Shown here one piece after another: positions 39,622 through 50,000 of a stretch of 50,000 bases of DNA. The translations under genes were made by a program, and so were the position numbers. Origin of the DNA: Tubulanus polymorphus. Its lineage: Eukaryota > Animalia > Nemertea. The notes beneath the pieces are model-generated. The model searched no databases and had not been told where the DNA came from. It saw nothing but the letters and a program-made list of their open reading frames with translations. Where the stretch lies: NCBI RefSeq assembly GCF_964204645.1, contig NW_027437482.1, positions 1 to 50,000 on the forward strand. The letters are read 5' to 3'. The stretch's first letter is position 1. Every line of letters begins with the position of its first letter.

Positions 39622-41922
39622 GTGGTCAACCTCACACGTTCACTCCGCCTAAGTCCGGCGCAACATCAGCTACTCCGAAAGGGCCTCACTTATTGCCCGA
39701 CTCCAAAAATCGGTTCTGATGCCGCCGCGACCGAGCGCACCAAGGGAGTGTGCCGATTCAACCGGCTAGTGAAACTCGACCATCACTTCCGAGACAAACC
39801 GGACCGCGAGGCTCCGCGTTTCCGTCTGCCCAGCAGTTGGGCTCCGGATGAAATAGAACCAGTAATCGCCGGGTTCTGCAACGACGCGCACGAATTGGCT
39901 CAACAAACCAGGGATACGCGTCGCGTAAATGATAACCTCACTAAACAGGAACGCGAAGCCCTCCAGCAGCTGCGTGACAACACTAATATTGTCATCAAAG
40001 CCGCCGATAAGGGTTCCGCTACGGTTATCATGGACCGCGACGACTACGTCCACGAAGCCATGCGCCAACTAGCCGATCTCGAGTATTATCAGCCGCTGCA
40101 GCAACCGATCTTCGAACAGACCGGGGAAGAAATTCGCGAAATCATCGAAAATATGGCTCGACGAAAAATCATCCCGCTAAAAACCGCCGAATATCTATTA
40201 CCGCCCGATAATCCGAAACAGAGGCAGTTCTATCTGCTTCCCAAAATCCATAAAGAACGCGAGAAGTGGACGGTACCCGATCGCGTACCGCCGGGGAGAC
40301 CGATCGTCTCCGACTGCGGCTCCGAAACCTACGAAATTTCGGAATGGATCGACTACTATTTGCAGCCGATCGCCCGCGGTCACCCGTCGTACGTCAAAGA
40401 TACCAACCACTTTCTAGATATTTTGGCCGGTAAACAATTTAGCGCCGATGCGTTACTCGTCACCATGGACATCGATTCGCTCTACACCAACATCCCCCAC
40501 GAAGAGGGTATCGCCAGCATCCGACAAGCTCTCCGAGATAACCCGAACCCGGGACGCCCGGATGCCGAGCTGCTGAAACTACTCGAAATCAGCCTGAAGA
40601 AAAATGACTTTAACTTTAACGAAAACACATATTTACAGGTAAAAGGTACCGCAATGGGTAAGCGTTTTGCTCCTTCTTATGCCAATATCTTTGTAGCCGA
40701 ATGGGAAAAAGAAGGTCTGTCCAGAAGCGAACTCCAACCATCGCTATACGCTCGGTTCATCGACGACATCTACATAGTTTGGGAACACGGCCGCGAAACG
40801 TTGATGCAATTCATCGACGTCCTACAAACAGTGAGCCGATCCATCAAACTCAAGTTCGAAATCAGCGACACCAGCGTCAACTTCCTGGACGTAACCACCT
40901 TCAAAGGCCCGCGATTCGAGACAAGTGGCACAGTAGACACCAAAGTCTACTTCAAACCAACCGATTCGCATCAATTACTACATCGATCCTCGTTTCACCC
41001 TAAACACACATTTTCCGGTATAGTTAAAAGTCAAATTCTCCGGTTCCGGCGCATCTGCAATAACGATTCGGACTTACACGCAGCGTCCGGAACCGTCCTT
41101 AAAGTACTCAGAGGTCGTGGCTACAAAGACCGCGAACTGCGACACATCAAAAGCCAAGCTCTACGGCACCACGCCGAACGAGATCTACGAGAACAACAAC
41201 GGGCCGACGAACCGCCGAAAAAGCGTTTACCGCTTATCTTACCTCACTCCGAAGCCAACCGAACCCTAGCCCGTAACATCCGAACCAGATTTACGGAACT
41301 GGCTACGGCCACCGGCCGGTCTGACGAGGTAACCACGGTCACCGCCTACACCAAGCACAAGAGTCTCAAAGATCTCCTAACTTCGTCGCAGCTCAAACCC
41401 ACGGAGCCACCCCCTCCCCGAGTCCCCTCTTCACCGCATCGTAACAGAAATACTTCCGTTGTTTCCAATTCTTCTATTTCCAGGTCTACTCAAAGAACTC
41501 CGTCAACCCGACGTCGAGGCACCGAGAAATGCAGAACACCCAGATGTCGTACGTGTCCACTCGTCCGAGAAACAACCGTTTGCCGCAGCCACAACAAAAT
41601 GCACGCGATCCGCAGCACAATTAATTGCGCGACCCGTGAAATTGTATACTGCATCGAATGCACCAAGTGCAACATGCTGTACGTCGGCCAAACCGGAATG
41701 TCTCTACGAGAACGCGTCACTCATCACGTCTCACGCATCAGAACGAAGAATTCGACTCCAGTCTCGGACCACTTCAACCAAGTCGACCACACCCGCGAAC
41801 ACTTTCGGGTGTACGGTCTCCAACACCTACCAGGCTCCACGAGACCGATCCGCGAAGCAGCCGAACAAGACTGGATACGACGACTCGACACGAACACGCC
41901 CCGAGGCATGAACGTCCCGTAG
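39622..41922 (+). CDS. PLE ORF2: RT + GIY-YIG endonuclease (copy 7)
   Basis: Same motifs as copy 1. Confidence 0.95.
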   Translation: MVNLTRSLRLSPAQHQLLRKGLTYCPTPKIGSDAAATERTKGVCRFNRLVKLDHHFRDKPDREAPRFRLPSSWAPDEIEPVIAGFCNDAHELAQQTRDTRRVNDNLTKQEREALQQLRDNTNIVIKAADKGSATVIMDRDDYVHEAMRQLADLEYYQPLQQPIFEQTGEEIREIIENMARRKIIPLKTAEYLLPPDNPKQRQFYLLPKIHKEREKWTVPDRVPPGRPIVSDCGSETYEISEWIDYYLQPIARGHPSYVKDTNHFLDILAGKQFSADALLVTMDIDSLYTNIPHEEGIASIRQALRDNPNPGRPDAELLKLLEISLKKNDFNFNENTYLQVKGTAMGKRFAPSYANIFVAEWEKEGLSRSELQPSLYARFIDDIYIVWEHGRETLMQFIDVLQTVSRSIKLKFEISDTSVNFLDVTTFKGPRFETSGTVDTKVYFKPTDSHQLLHRSSFHPKHTFSGIVKSQILRFRRICNNDSDLHAASGTVLKVLRGRGYKDRELRHIKSQALRHHAERDLREQQRADEPPKKRLPLILPHSEANRTLARNIRTRFTELATATGRSDEVTTVTAYTKHKSLKDLLTSSQLKPTEPPPPRVPSSPHRNRNTSVVSNSSISRSTQRTPSTRRRGTEKCRTPRCRTCPLVRETTVCRSHNKMHAIRSTINCATREIVYCIECTKCNMLYVGQTGMSLRERVTHHVSRIRTKNSTPVSDHFNQVDHTREHFRVYGLQHLPGSTRPIREAAEQDWIRRLDTNTPRGMNVP

Positions 41923-42038
41923 ACCGCCTCACTACAACAATTAACTCTCACTACTTTTTTACAGGGATAACCCGCTGCCCGTGCACTAGTGGGGTCTCCA
42001 AACCTTCGGTTTGGTCCCCTAACCTCTATCTCTAAACC

Positions 42039-42056
42039 TAACCCTAACCCTAACCC
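42039..42056 (+). repeat. (TAACCC)3 at the array/subtelomere boundary
   Basis: TAACCCTAACCCTAACCC followed by TTACAG and non-element sequence. Confidence 0.93.
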
Positions 42057-42140
42057 TTACAGTTACTGTAAGAGCTGATCAGTGATAATCAGCAAAATGA
42101 GATGTAGTTGATGATAGAGCGCGACCTAAAACACAGCTTA

Positions 42141-42321
42141 CCCTGTGTCTCTAATGCGGCACCGCTCTCTTACCCCGCCCTGTGTCTCCAATGCGGCACC
42201 GCTCTCTTACCCCGCCCTGTGTCTCTAATGCGGCACCGCTCTCTTACCCCGCCCTGTGTCTCCAATGCGGCACCGCTCTCTTACCCCGCCCTGTGTCTCT
42301 AATGCGGAACCGCTCTCTTAC
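42141..42321. repeat. 37-bp subtelomeric minisatellite, about 5 copies
   Basis: Unit CCCTGTGTCTCYAATGCGGCACCGCTCTCTTACCCCG at 42141, 42178, 42215, 42252 and 42289. Confidence 0.92.
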
Positions 42322-42580
42322 TGAGTCTCTCTCAAAATATTCCTGAGTTTAATTCCTAATAATCCATTTTTGTAAATTCAACTCGTATAAACTATCAAAC
42401 CGACATAAAACCACATTTCATCATCGTAACGCAGTTAGTTATTTTACTGTTACGTAATTTGTGTCGAGTCAACTAGACACCCGGATTAATGAGGATGACT
42501 GAGGTTTTTTTTTAAAGAGAAATATCTAGAGGTCACCCAGACTCAATTTTACCCCTTTGATATCATTCGAGGTGAAGTTC

Positions 42581-43963
42581 TTTATTTCTGTGACAAATTT
42601 CTATGAAATATTTTGCTCAAATAAATTCATTCTGATCTAATATCAACGAAAATAAGTGTAGTTATTCATAATTCAGTATGAAATTGGGCTCTGTTTTGAG
42701 GAATTACTATTTTTCCAGAAATCGGATCCAGAATATCACCTTGCCATCACCATGACAACGCACCAGTCAAAACAAACAACAATCATTCAGAAATGAAGCC
42801 CTGTAGATTCTTAAATTTGGTTTCAAGTTTCTTTACTTTGGTTGAGTAGATTCTGAATGATGCAAAGTTTACTAGAGACACTGGTTTTATCAAAATCATC
42901 TCTGGAAGACAGTGCCAATCCTGGAAGGGTTTTAACAGTAACTCAGATATTGTGTTCCACAGCATTCAGATCAAACCAACAGTTCACACTCAATTTGAGA
43001 ACTATTTTGTGTTTATCTAAAATGCATTTCACGTTTATTTTGACTCAAGATATAAATTTCTAAATTTCCAATAGATGGCACCTGTGATATACAGTATATT
43101 CGTATTAATCCAATAATTTGGTGGTTCAGCAGAAATCCAATAGGTGGCGATCATGTCGTAATAACTATTCATCAGTATATATCAGACACCCTGGTTTATC
43201 ATCTGATCAAAATCACTGGGTTTGAACTTGGAACATCCTAAAAATCCTCTAAACAGCATGAAACATCACAGTCATTTAGAATCAATAATTCATTCATTTG
43301 ACGCGCAGTCAATTTCAGGTGTAGACGTGTCGCAGGTTTCAGTTATTGAGATCCTCCTCCATTAGACTGAAAATAAATCAAACAACGTTCATTATAACAT
43401 CATTAGAGCAATTCACAAAAATCATATCAAATATTCGATACAAATAAGAGTAACTAAACGAACCTGATCTAAACATCACCTTCTTTTGAGTAGAATAAAC
43501 AAAACTCTAGCGTTACGCCTACATCTGAAATAATACAAAACACTGAAAATCATTATTTCTTCATCAGATAAAAATGAAAACAGATTCAACAAGATTCAAA
43601 ATGCTTTTAGTGCCAAGAATTTTCAGTGTTACAATCTTTTTTTCATACAAGACTTAACGGTAAATTAGTTCAGACTTAGAGCAGGGAACACTATATGAAT
43701 TTATTCCCACACCGTCTGAAATTACAGATTTCACAATGAAATTTGCAGCGTGTTCGTTGCTCAGCAGCAGGTGAATCGCACCATTCAAACATGTTTGATA
43801 TTTCCACAGTTAATTTCAGCGCAGCAAAATTTTTGTTTAGTCCCAAACACAGTAAATTGAGCCGCAATCTTTGACAAGCTTTCAAATCATGACGGCATCA
43901 ATGATTTGAGAACGGCGCTGAAAACCTGCTTGGATTTTGGTTAACTCGGTTTTAAAACACCAC
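42581..43963. repeat. Locally duplicated AT-rich block
   Basis: About 42581-43485 recurs at about 49083-50000. About 43307-43963 recurs at about 47283-47926. About 43390-43910 recurs, with a deletion, at about 46801-47238. Confidence 0.85.
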
Positions 43964-44415
43964 AGTTTTTAACTTCGAAACTGTTTCTACAAATCTACTG
44001 TGGGTTTTTTATTCGTCGACTAAAAGTGGTGCAACGCCGTGCATATCACAGCAGTTTGTGTCAGTTGCGATCGAAAGCAACTGTTGGCCTACTGTAGGCC
44101 GGAGTAGAACACGGGCATCTAGCCCGATACGGCTTGCGACGAGTCGGTAGGCGTCGCAAGCCGGCATATGTCGAACAGATAGAGCAGAAACTGGCGGCCT
44201 CTCGTAGGCCGTTAATCGGCGATAAACCCAGTTGTGTCGGTAGGCGTCGCGTTGCTTGTCGACATAAGTCAGCCTTAATCCTGCTTTCTCAGAGAACTGC
44301 TCTTCCTTCTCTTTGAGATTTTCCTAAATCTGCACCCGTACCTTCGCCGTGCCCTCCTCCAATTTTCCAGGGGATCCTCGTGATTCGTGAGATTGTAGTC
44401 GGGAAATTCTCTTAC

Positions 44416-46378
44416 CTGTTTTGGAATCCGCTCGGTCCGGCAACGGCGCTTCCCGATAAACTACCGTTCAAACTGGAGCCAGCAATCGCTCTGTTACTGG
44501 CCGATTAGCGATCGCTCTCATCGCGGATTATCCCGACTCGGTCGATGTGGCTTCCGCTAGCGCTAAGACTGCCAGTCATAGCCATAGACATCTCACCGAT
44601 ACTAGGTCCGATACTGGAGTTCGCTACCCGGTGACTGGTCGTTTCTATACTGTGAGAATCAGCTACAACAAATATAAACATTCACTCATACTAGTACTGA
44701 ACTAACTTAAATGACGTCATAGGGCGATTTATATAGCAGCCACACCAGACAACATGGCTTTATCAGTTAAACCCCCTATGACATCATCAAATTATCTTTC
44801 TCTTTCTGGCAAGTCTATATAAAACGTAGAAAAGTTGGCCACCTCCAATAAATCCGCCTATGACATCATCAAATTATCCCTTCAGAATCCTAGAAAGACC
44901 GCTGATTCCGGACCCTGCACTATATGAAAAGTATGGTTTAAGTACTTACGGGCGTAAGGCCCCGATGGGCCACTTCCTTCGTTCTTTTCGAACTCAAATC
45001 GAACTCCGCCCGGAGTCAGTCGTCGATACGCCGCAACCACCGCTGCGACACAGCGATATCGGTACCACGCCGTAAACATACGGCTAAACTAGCGACAACT
45101 GGCGCTACGATAACAGACGCAGTTACACCACCGGCTATTACCATATTCCTCTTGTGCTGTGGTAGGTGACCGTAACGTGTGTGTAACTGAAACACAAGAT
45201 AAACACATGAGAAATAGCATTTTTCATAGTAAAATTTGCGATAAAAATCTAGCGCGTGGTGGATTTAGGTTCCAATTTCTGTTTCTGACTAGCGCCATCA
45301 AGCGAGTAATTTCAGAACTTGAATATGTCGATATCCTGTATTTCACCCGATAAGCCTTATCCTATGTCCTTGTCATTACGGTTAAATGACAGTAACCACT
45401 TGATACAGTTTATGCGCAGTGTTTAGAACTAGGATTTTGACAAATAAAATCAATAAGGATTTATTACTTCTAAGTGTTGGTTATTCAACGTCACTCTGTG
45501 AATTCAATTCGAATACAGTCTATATTCAATCCCAGTTTTTGGCTATATTCAATTATTGAAAAACTGGGATTGGGATTGACAATCCCAGTTTTTTGTGTGG
45601 TTTTAATTTGACACTGGACCCAGTTCCACAGTTGTGGGGGTTTAATTTCATCCAGTTCCACAGTTGTATGGGTTTAATTGAGACTGGATCCAGTTCCAGT
45701 AAGGGTTATAACTGTTCCTAGGTGGGAGGTGTTTACATACAGTGACATCAGTTCGTTAACAGTCCCTATAGTCAATTATAGTCAATTTGACTTTGTATTG
45801 AGTTTAACAGTTGTGTGGGTTTAATTTCAACATGAAAGGACTTTTCAAAGGACATAATAATATCTGTAATGAGGCATTCAATGAATGAACACTTTAAATC
45901 CCAATTCATCTGTTTGGGTTAAATTCCTTTAGTTCAACAATTTCATCAAATTGAAAAACTGTAGTCAGAAAGCTGACCTATCACACATATTAAGCTATCA
46001 TTTTATGTCTCACGTGGTCACCCTGTGTGATAGGCTTCACGTATAAAAGACTTTCAGTTATGTGTCCATGCGTATATGTTCTCGGAATTCGGATCAAAAA
46101 TGACCTTTTGGGCACGAGGCCCTTGTGATTCGTGTGGAAATATAATAATGATCACTAAATTGAGATTCTCAGAGACAGACGGCAGATGGATTCCTAATAT
46201 TAGTCGATAATTTACCTCGCGTCCGACCCAGACGGGAATCTCTATGATCATCGCGGGAACTGCGATTCCAGCAACGAGTCCGATACCGACCGGAGCGCCA
46301 ACTAACGTGCCGAGTTGCCACAATATCTTCTTCTTTCGGCTCCATGGCTTTTTACCCCAGAAAGTGCAGCCAGACGGA
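44416..46378 (-). pseudogene. RNF19: RNF19 (Dorfin)-like RBR E3 ubiquitin ligase pseudogene fragment
   Basis: Three GT-AG-bounded exons. 46378-46216 encodes [33 protein letters not shown]. 45186-44950 encodes LHTRY..HKRNMVIAGGVTASVIVAPVVA / YVYGVVPISLCRSGGCGVS..GGVRFEF, with a deletion and frameshifts. 44662-44416 encodes SIGEMSMAMTGSLSASGSHIDRVG..*..GSLSGSA, with an in-frame TAA at 44507-44505. Recognised from recalled similarity to RNF19A. Confidence 0.85.
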
Positions 46379-46649
46379 CTGAAAATCAACATAATCGACT
46401 AAATTATTACTCAATTTCTAAGGACTTATAAACCTTTATCATCGATTAAAGGCCGAGCTCGGGTTTACAAGGAAGGACCATAAATATCAATGGATTCATT
46501 CTATCACTTGCAACCATTTGATTCAGAGCTCTGACAACTAGAGAATCGCCATGTGTGCAGGGGCCAGTTGCATAGTCATGGCTTAGACTTAAGACTACTC
46601 TAAGACCAACTTAGTTAATAATATAACCAATCTAACAACTTAAGACCAG

Positions 46650-46778
46650 GGCCCTGTTTCACAAAAAAGTTAAACTCAAATTCTTGGTGTAATTGCCATT
46701 GGTTACTTCATTTCTTCAATGAACACAACAATTCAAACTTAACCGTTTAAGCCTTAAACTTTTTCGTGAAACTGCACC
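46650..46778. mobile_element. MITE, probably PIF/Harbinger-like, nested in a similar element remnant
   Basis: Imperfect TIRs GGCCCTGTTTCACAAAAAAGTT / AACTTTTTCGTGAAACTGCACC, with a CAG 3-bp duplication at 46647-46649 and 46779-46781. Confidence 0.65.
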
Positions 46779-48196
46779 CAGTCCCAAGATTTAAGACCAC
46801 CATTATAACATCATTAGAGCAATTCACAAAAATCATATCAAATATTCGATATAAATAAGAGTAACTAAACGAACCTGATCTAAACATCACCTTCTTTTGA
46901 GTAGAATAAACAAAACTCTAGCGTTACGCCTACATCTGAAATAATACAAAACACTGAAAATCATTTTTTTCATACAAGACTTAACGGTAAATTGGTTCAG
47001 ACTTAGAGCAGGGAACACTATATGAATTTATTCCCACACCGTCTGAAATTACAGATTTCACAATGAAATTTGCAGCGTGTTCGTTGCTCAGCAGCAGGTG
47101 AATCGCAACATTCAAACATGTTTGATATTTCCACAGTTAATTTTGTCGCAGCAAATATTTTTGCTAAGTCCCAAACACAGTAAATTGAGCTGCAATCTTT
47201 GACAAGCTTTCAAATCATGATAGCATCAATGATTTGAGACAGTAACCACTTGATCTGGTTTATGCGCAGTGTTTAGAACTAGGTCAATTTCAGGTGTAGA
47301 CGTGTCGCAGGTTTCAGTTATTGAGATCCTCCTCCATTAGACTGAAAATAAATCAAACAACATTCATTATAACATCATTAGAGCAATTCACAAAAATCAT
47401 ATCAAATATTCGACATGAATAAGAGTAACTAAACAAACCTGATCTAAACATCATCTTCTTTTGAGTAGAATAAACAAAACTCTAGCGTTACGCCTACATC
47501 TGAAATAATACAAAACACTGAAAATCATTATTTCTTCATCAGATAAAAAATGAAAACAGATTCAAAATGCATTTAGTGCCAACAATTTTCAGGCTTAGAA
47601 TTTTTTTTCTCATACAAGACATAACTGTAAATTGGTTCAGACTTAGAGCAGGGAACACTAGCCTATATGAATTTATTCCCACACCGTCTGAAATTACAGA
47701 TTTCACAATGAAATTTGCAGCGTGTTCGTTGCTCAGCAGCAGGTGAATCGCACCATTCAAACATGTTTGATATTTCCACAGTTAATTTTGTCGCAGCAAA
47801 TAATTTTGCTAAGTCCCAAACACAGTAAATTGAGCCGCAAGCTTTCAAATCATGATGGCATCAATGATTTGAGAACGGCGCTGAAAACCTGCTTGGATTT
47901 TGGTTAACTCGGTTTTAAAACACCACTGAAACTGGTTTGTAGAGGTCTGTGATTAGGGCCTAAGATATATCTACCTGAATTGAGGGATCACTTGTTCACT
48001 TCATCGCCAAACAGTTATTCCTTGAACTCTCTGATGACTGCAGTTATTCAGTTGAGCATCACCCTGAAATAAACATAGAAACCTGTCAGAGAAAGCACTC
48101 TAAAATCCAGGGTATCAGAGGGTCAAATGCTCCATCTGTATTGATAGTAATAGTTTAGGCCTCGATCCACTCTTTATGTCATTGATACTTTTTACT

Positions 48197-48509
48197 GCGG
48201 TGAGGGCTAGTGGTTAGAGCGTTCATCTCTGGGAAGCCAGGTCGTGGGTTCGATCCCCGTTGTGTCCTCGGGCAAGACACTTATCCTCACTGCCTCTCTC
48301 CACCCAGGAGTAAATGGGTACCTGGTCTGATAGAAGACTCCTGAGCGCTTGTTAGCAGCTCGGTGTTACTTCTCCAAAGGGAGAGATGACTGATACATGT
48401 TAGAGTATTAAAATTGGCCCGGGTAATAATACCGAAAAATGTAAAGCGCTCTGAGCAGCTTGGCTGGATTTAGCACTATATAAGACACATATTAATATTA
48501 TTATTATTA
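48197..48509 (+). mobile_element. tRNA-derived SINE with a Deu/Nin-like core and (ATT)n tail
   Basis: A/B boxes (GGCTAGTGG; GGTTCGATCCC), core GTGTCCTCGGGCAAGACACTT..CTCTCCACCCAGGAGTAAATGGGTACC, and a LINE-like 3' end GTAAAGCGCT..CTATATAA + (ATT)n. Confidence 0.75.
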
Positions 48510-50000
48510 CTGAATGATAATGGTTTTACAGCACGCATCAGTGAATAGAGATTGCTGCTGCTCGTGGGGTTAAACCGGAGTGTTTTATGTCGCTCTCCAT
48601 CTCGAATCACCTTCATACATCACAAGTATTCGATTCATAAGTAAATCTACTTACTGTATTTCAATGTTGAAATGGTTTGAAGACATTCTGTCGCTTCTGC
48701 GTTGAAAGAGAAGCTTCTAAATATTTCAAGTGTAAATAGCGATTTATTCGTCCGCCATGCTTGTTCTGCAGACCGCGCAGCTCGAGGTCGACTCGGACTC
48801 AGGCTTTGCGCTCCGAGCACCAACTAAAGAGTTCACGGTTCTAGCCGCGGATGGCTTTAGATACCGCTCCGGATTACTAGCGGGGGTAATGAATTCCACG
48901 GAATTAGCAATACGTAGCAATTCTAGTGAACTTCCGAGCTATTGTTCGAATAAAACATTCTAAAATTATTCCCAATTAATGAAAGAATCAAATAATCTTA
49001 TAAGTTGAATTGGTGACTCACAACACGTATTTAACCTAATAGTTTTTTTCAGCGGGGCACGGCTGAGAGTATCGACAAGTTTTGTATTTCTTTAACAAAT
49101 ATCTGTGAAATTTTTTGCTAAAAATTCATTCTATTATTATATCGATAAAAATAAGTGTAGTTATTCATTTCAGTATGAAATTTGGCTCTGTTTTCAGGAA
49201 TTACTATTTTTCCAGACATCGGATCCAGAATATCACCTTGCCATCACCATGACAACGCACCAGTCAACAAACAACAATCATTCAGAAATGAAGCCCTGTA
49301 GATTCTTGAATTTGGTTTCAAGTTTCTTTATTTTGTTTGAATAGATTATGAATAATGCAAAGTTTACAAGAGACACTGGTTTTATCAAAATCATCTCTGG
49401 AAGACAGTGCCAATCCTGGAAGGGTTTTAACAGTCACTCAGATATTGTGTTCCACTGCATTCAGATCAAACCAACAGTTCACACTCAATTTGAGAACTAT
49501 TTTGTGTTTATCTAAAATGCATTTCACGTTTATTTTGACTCAAGATATAAATTTCTAAATTTCCAATAGATGGCGTCTGTGATATACAGTTTAATCCAAT
49601 ACGAATACGTATTCGTATTAATCCAATAATTTGGTGGTTCAGCAGATATCCAATAGGTGGCGATCATGTCGTAGTAACTATTCATCAGTATATATCAGAC
49701 ACCCTGGTTTATCATCTGATCAAAATCACTGGGTTCGAGCTTGGGATATCCCTCCAAATCCTCTAAACCGCATGAAACATCACAGTCATTAAGAATCAAC
49801 AATTCATTCATTTGACGTGCAGTCAATTTCAGGTGTAGACGTGTCGCAGGTTTCAGTTATTGAGATTCTCCTCCATTAGACTGAAAATAAATCAAACAAC
49901 ATTCATTATAACATCATTAGAGCAATTTCACAAAAATCATAGTAAATATTCGATATAAATAAGAGTAACTAAACGAACCTGATCTAAACATCATCTTCTT

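Larger units (their letters stand above)
37903..42038 (+). mobile_element. Neptune-type PLE, copy 7 (innermost, most divergent ORF1)
   Basis: Intact 520-aa ORF1 and ORF2; the 3' end joins (TAACCC)3 and then non-element DNA. Confidence 0.95.

Noticed and set aside
42783-49558. Short 60-79-aa ORFs in the AT-rich right-hand region
   Set aside because: They have no recognisable homology and recur only because the DNA is duplicated. Only the RNF19-like exons are supported.

Overview
Eukaryotic DNA from an animal with TTAGGG telomeres, most likely an invertebrate. It looks like the left end of a chromosome, with the C-rich telomeric strand on +. (1) 1-8816: a nearly perfect tandem array of about 26 copies of a 335-bp unit headed by a degenerate tRNA. 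(2) 8816-42038: seven head-to-tail, near-identical copies of a two-ORF Penelope-like retroelement (PLE) of Neptune type. ORF1 is a Pro-rich protein with an SGNH/GDSL esterase. ORF2 is a PLE reverse transcriptase with a Cys linker and a C-terminal GIY-YIG endonuclease. Copies are joined either by short (TAACCC)n tracts or by a 2.2-kb promoter-bearing spacer. Each full copy has a minimal hammerhead ribozyme at its 5' end, a UUUAAAC + hairpin -1 frameshift signal fusing ORF1 to ORF2, and a 3' telomere-complementary motif. (3) 42039-50000: three telomeric repeats, then subtelomere-like DNA with a 37-bp minisatellite, an RNF19-like pseudogene, a SINE, a MITE and local duplications. Main finding: the tRNA-headed 335-bp repeat and the PLE 3' UTR share a structured RNA domain with compensatory base pairing that presents a telomere-complementary strand. 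This suggests an autonomous telomere-adding PLE and a tRNA-derived non-autonomous partner (a PLE-dependent SINE or satellite) that together build the chromosome end. All structural and family calls were made by eye, without database searches.
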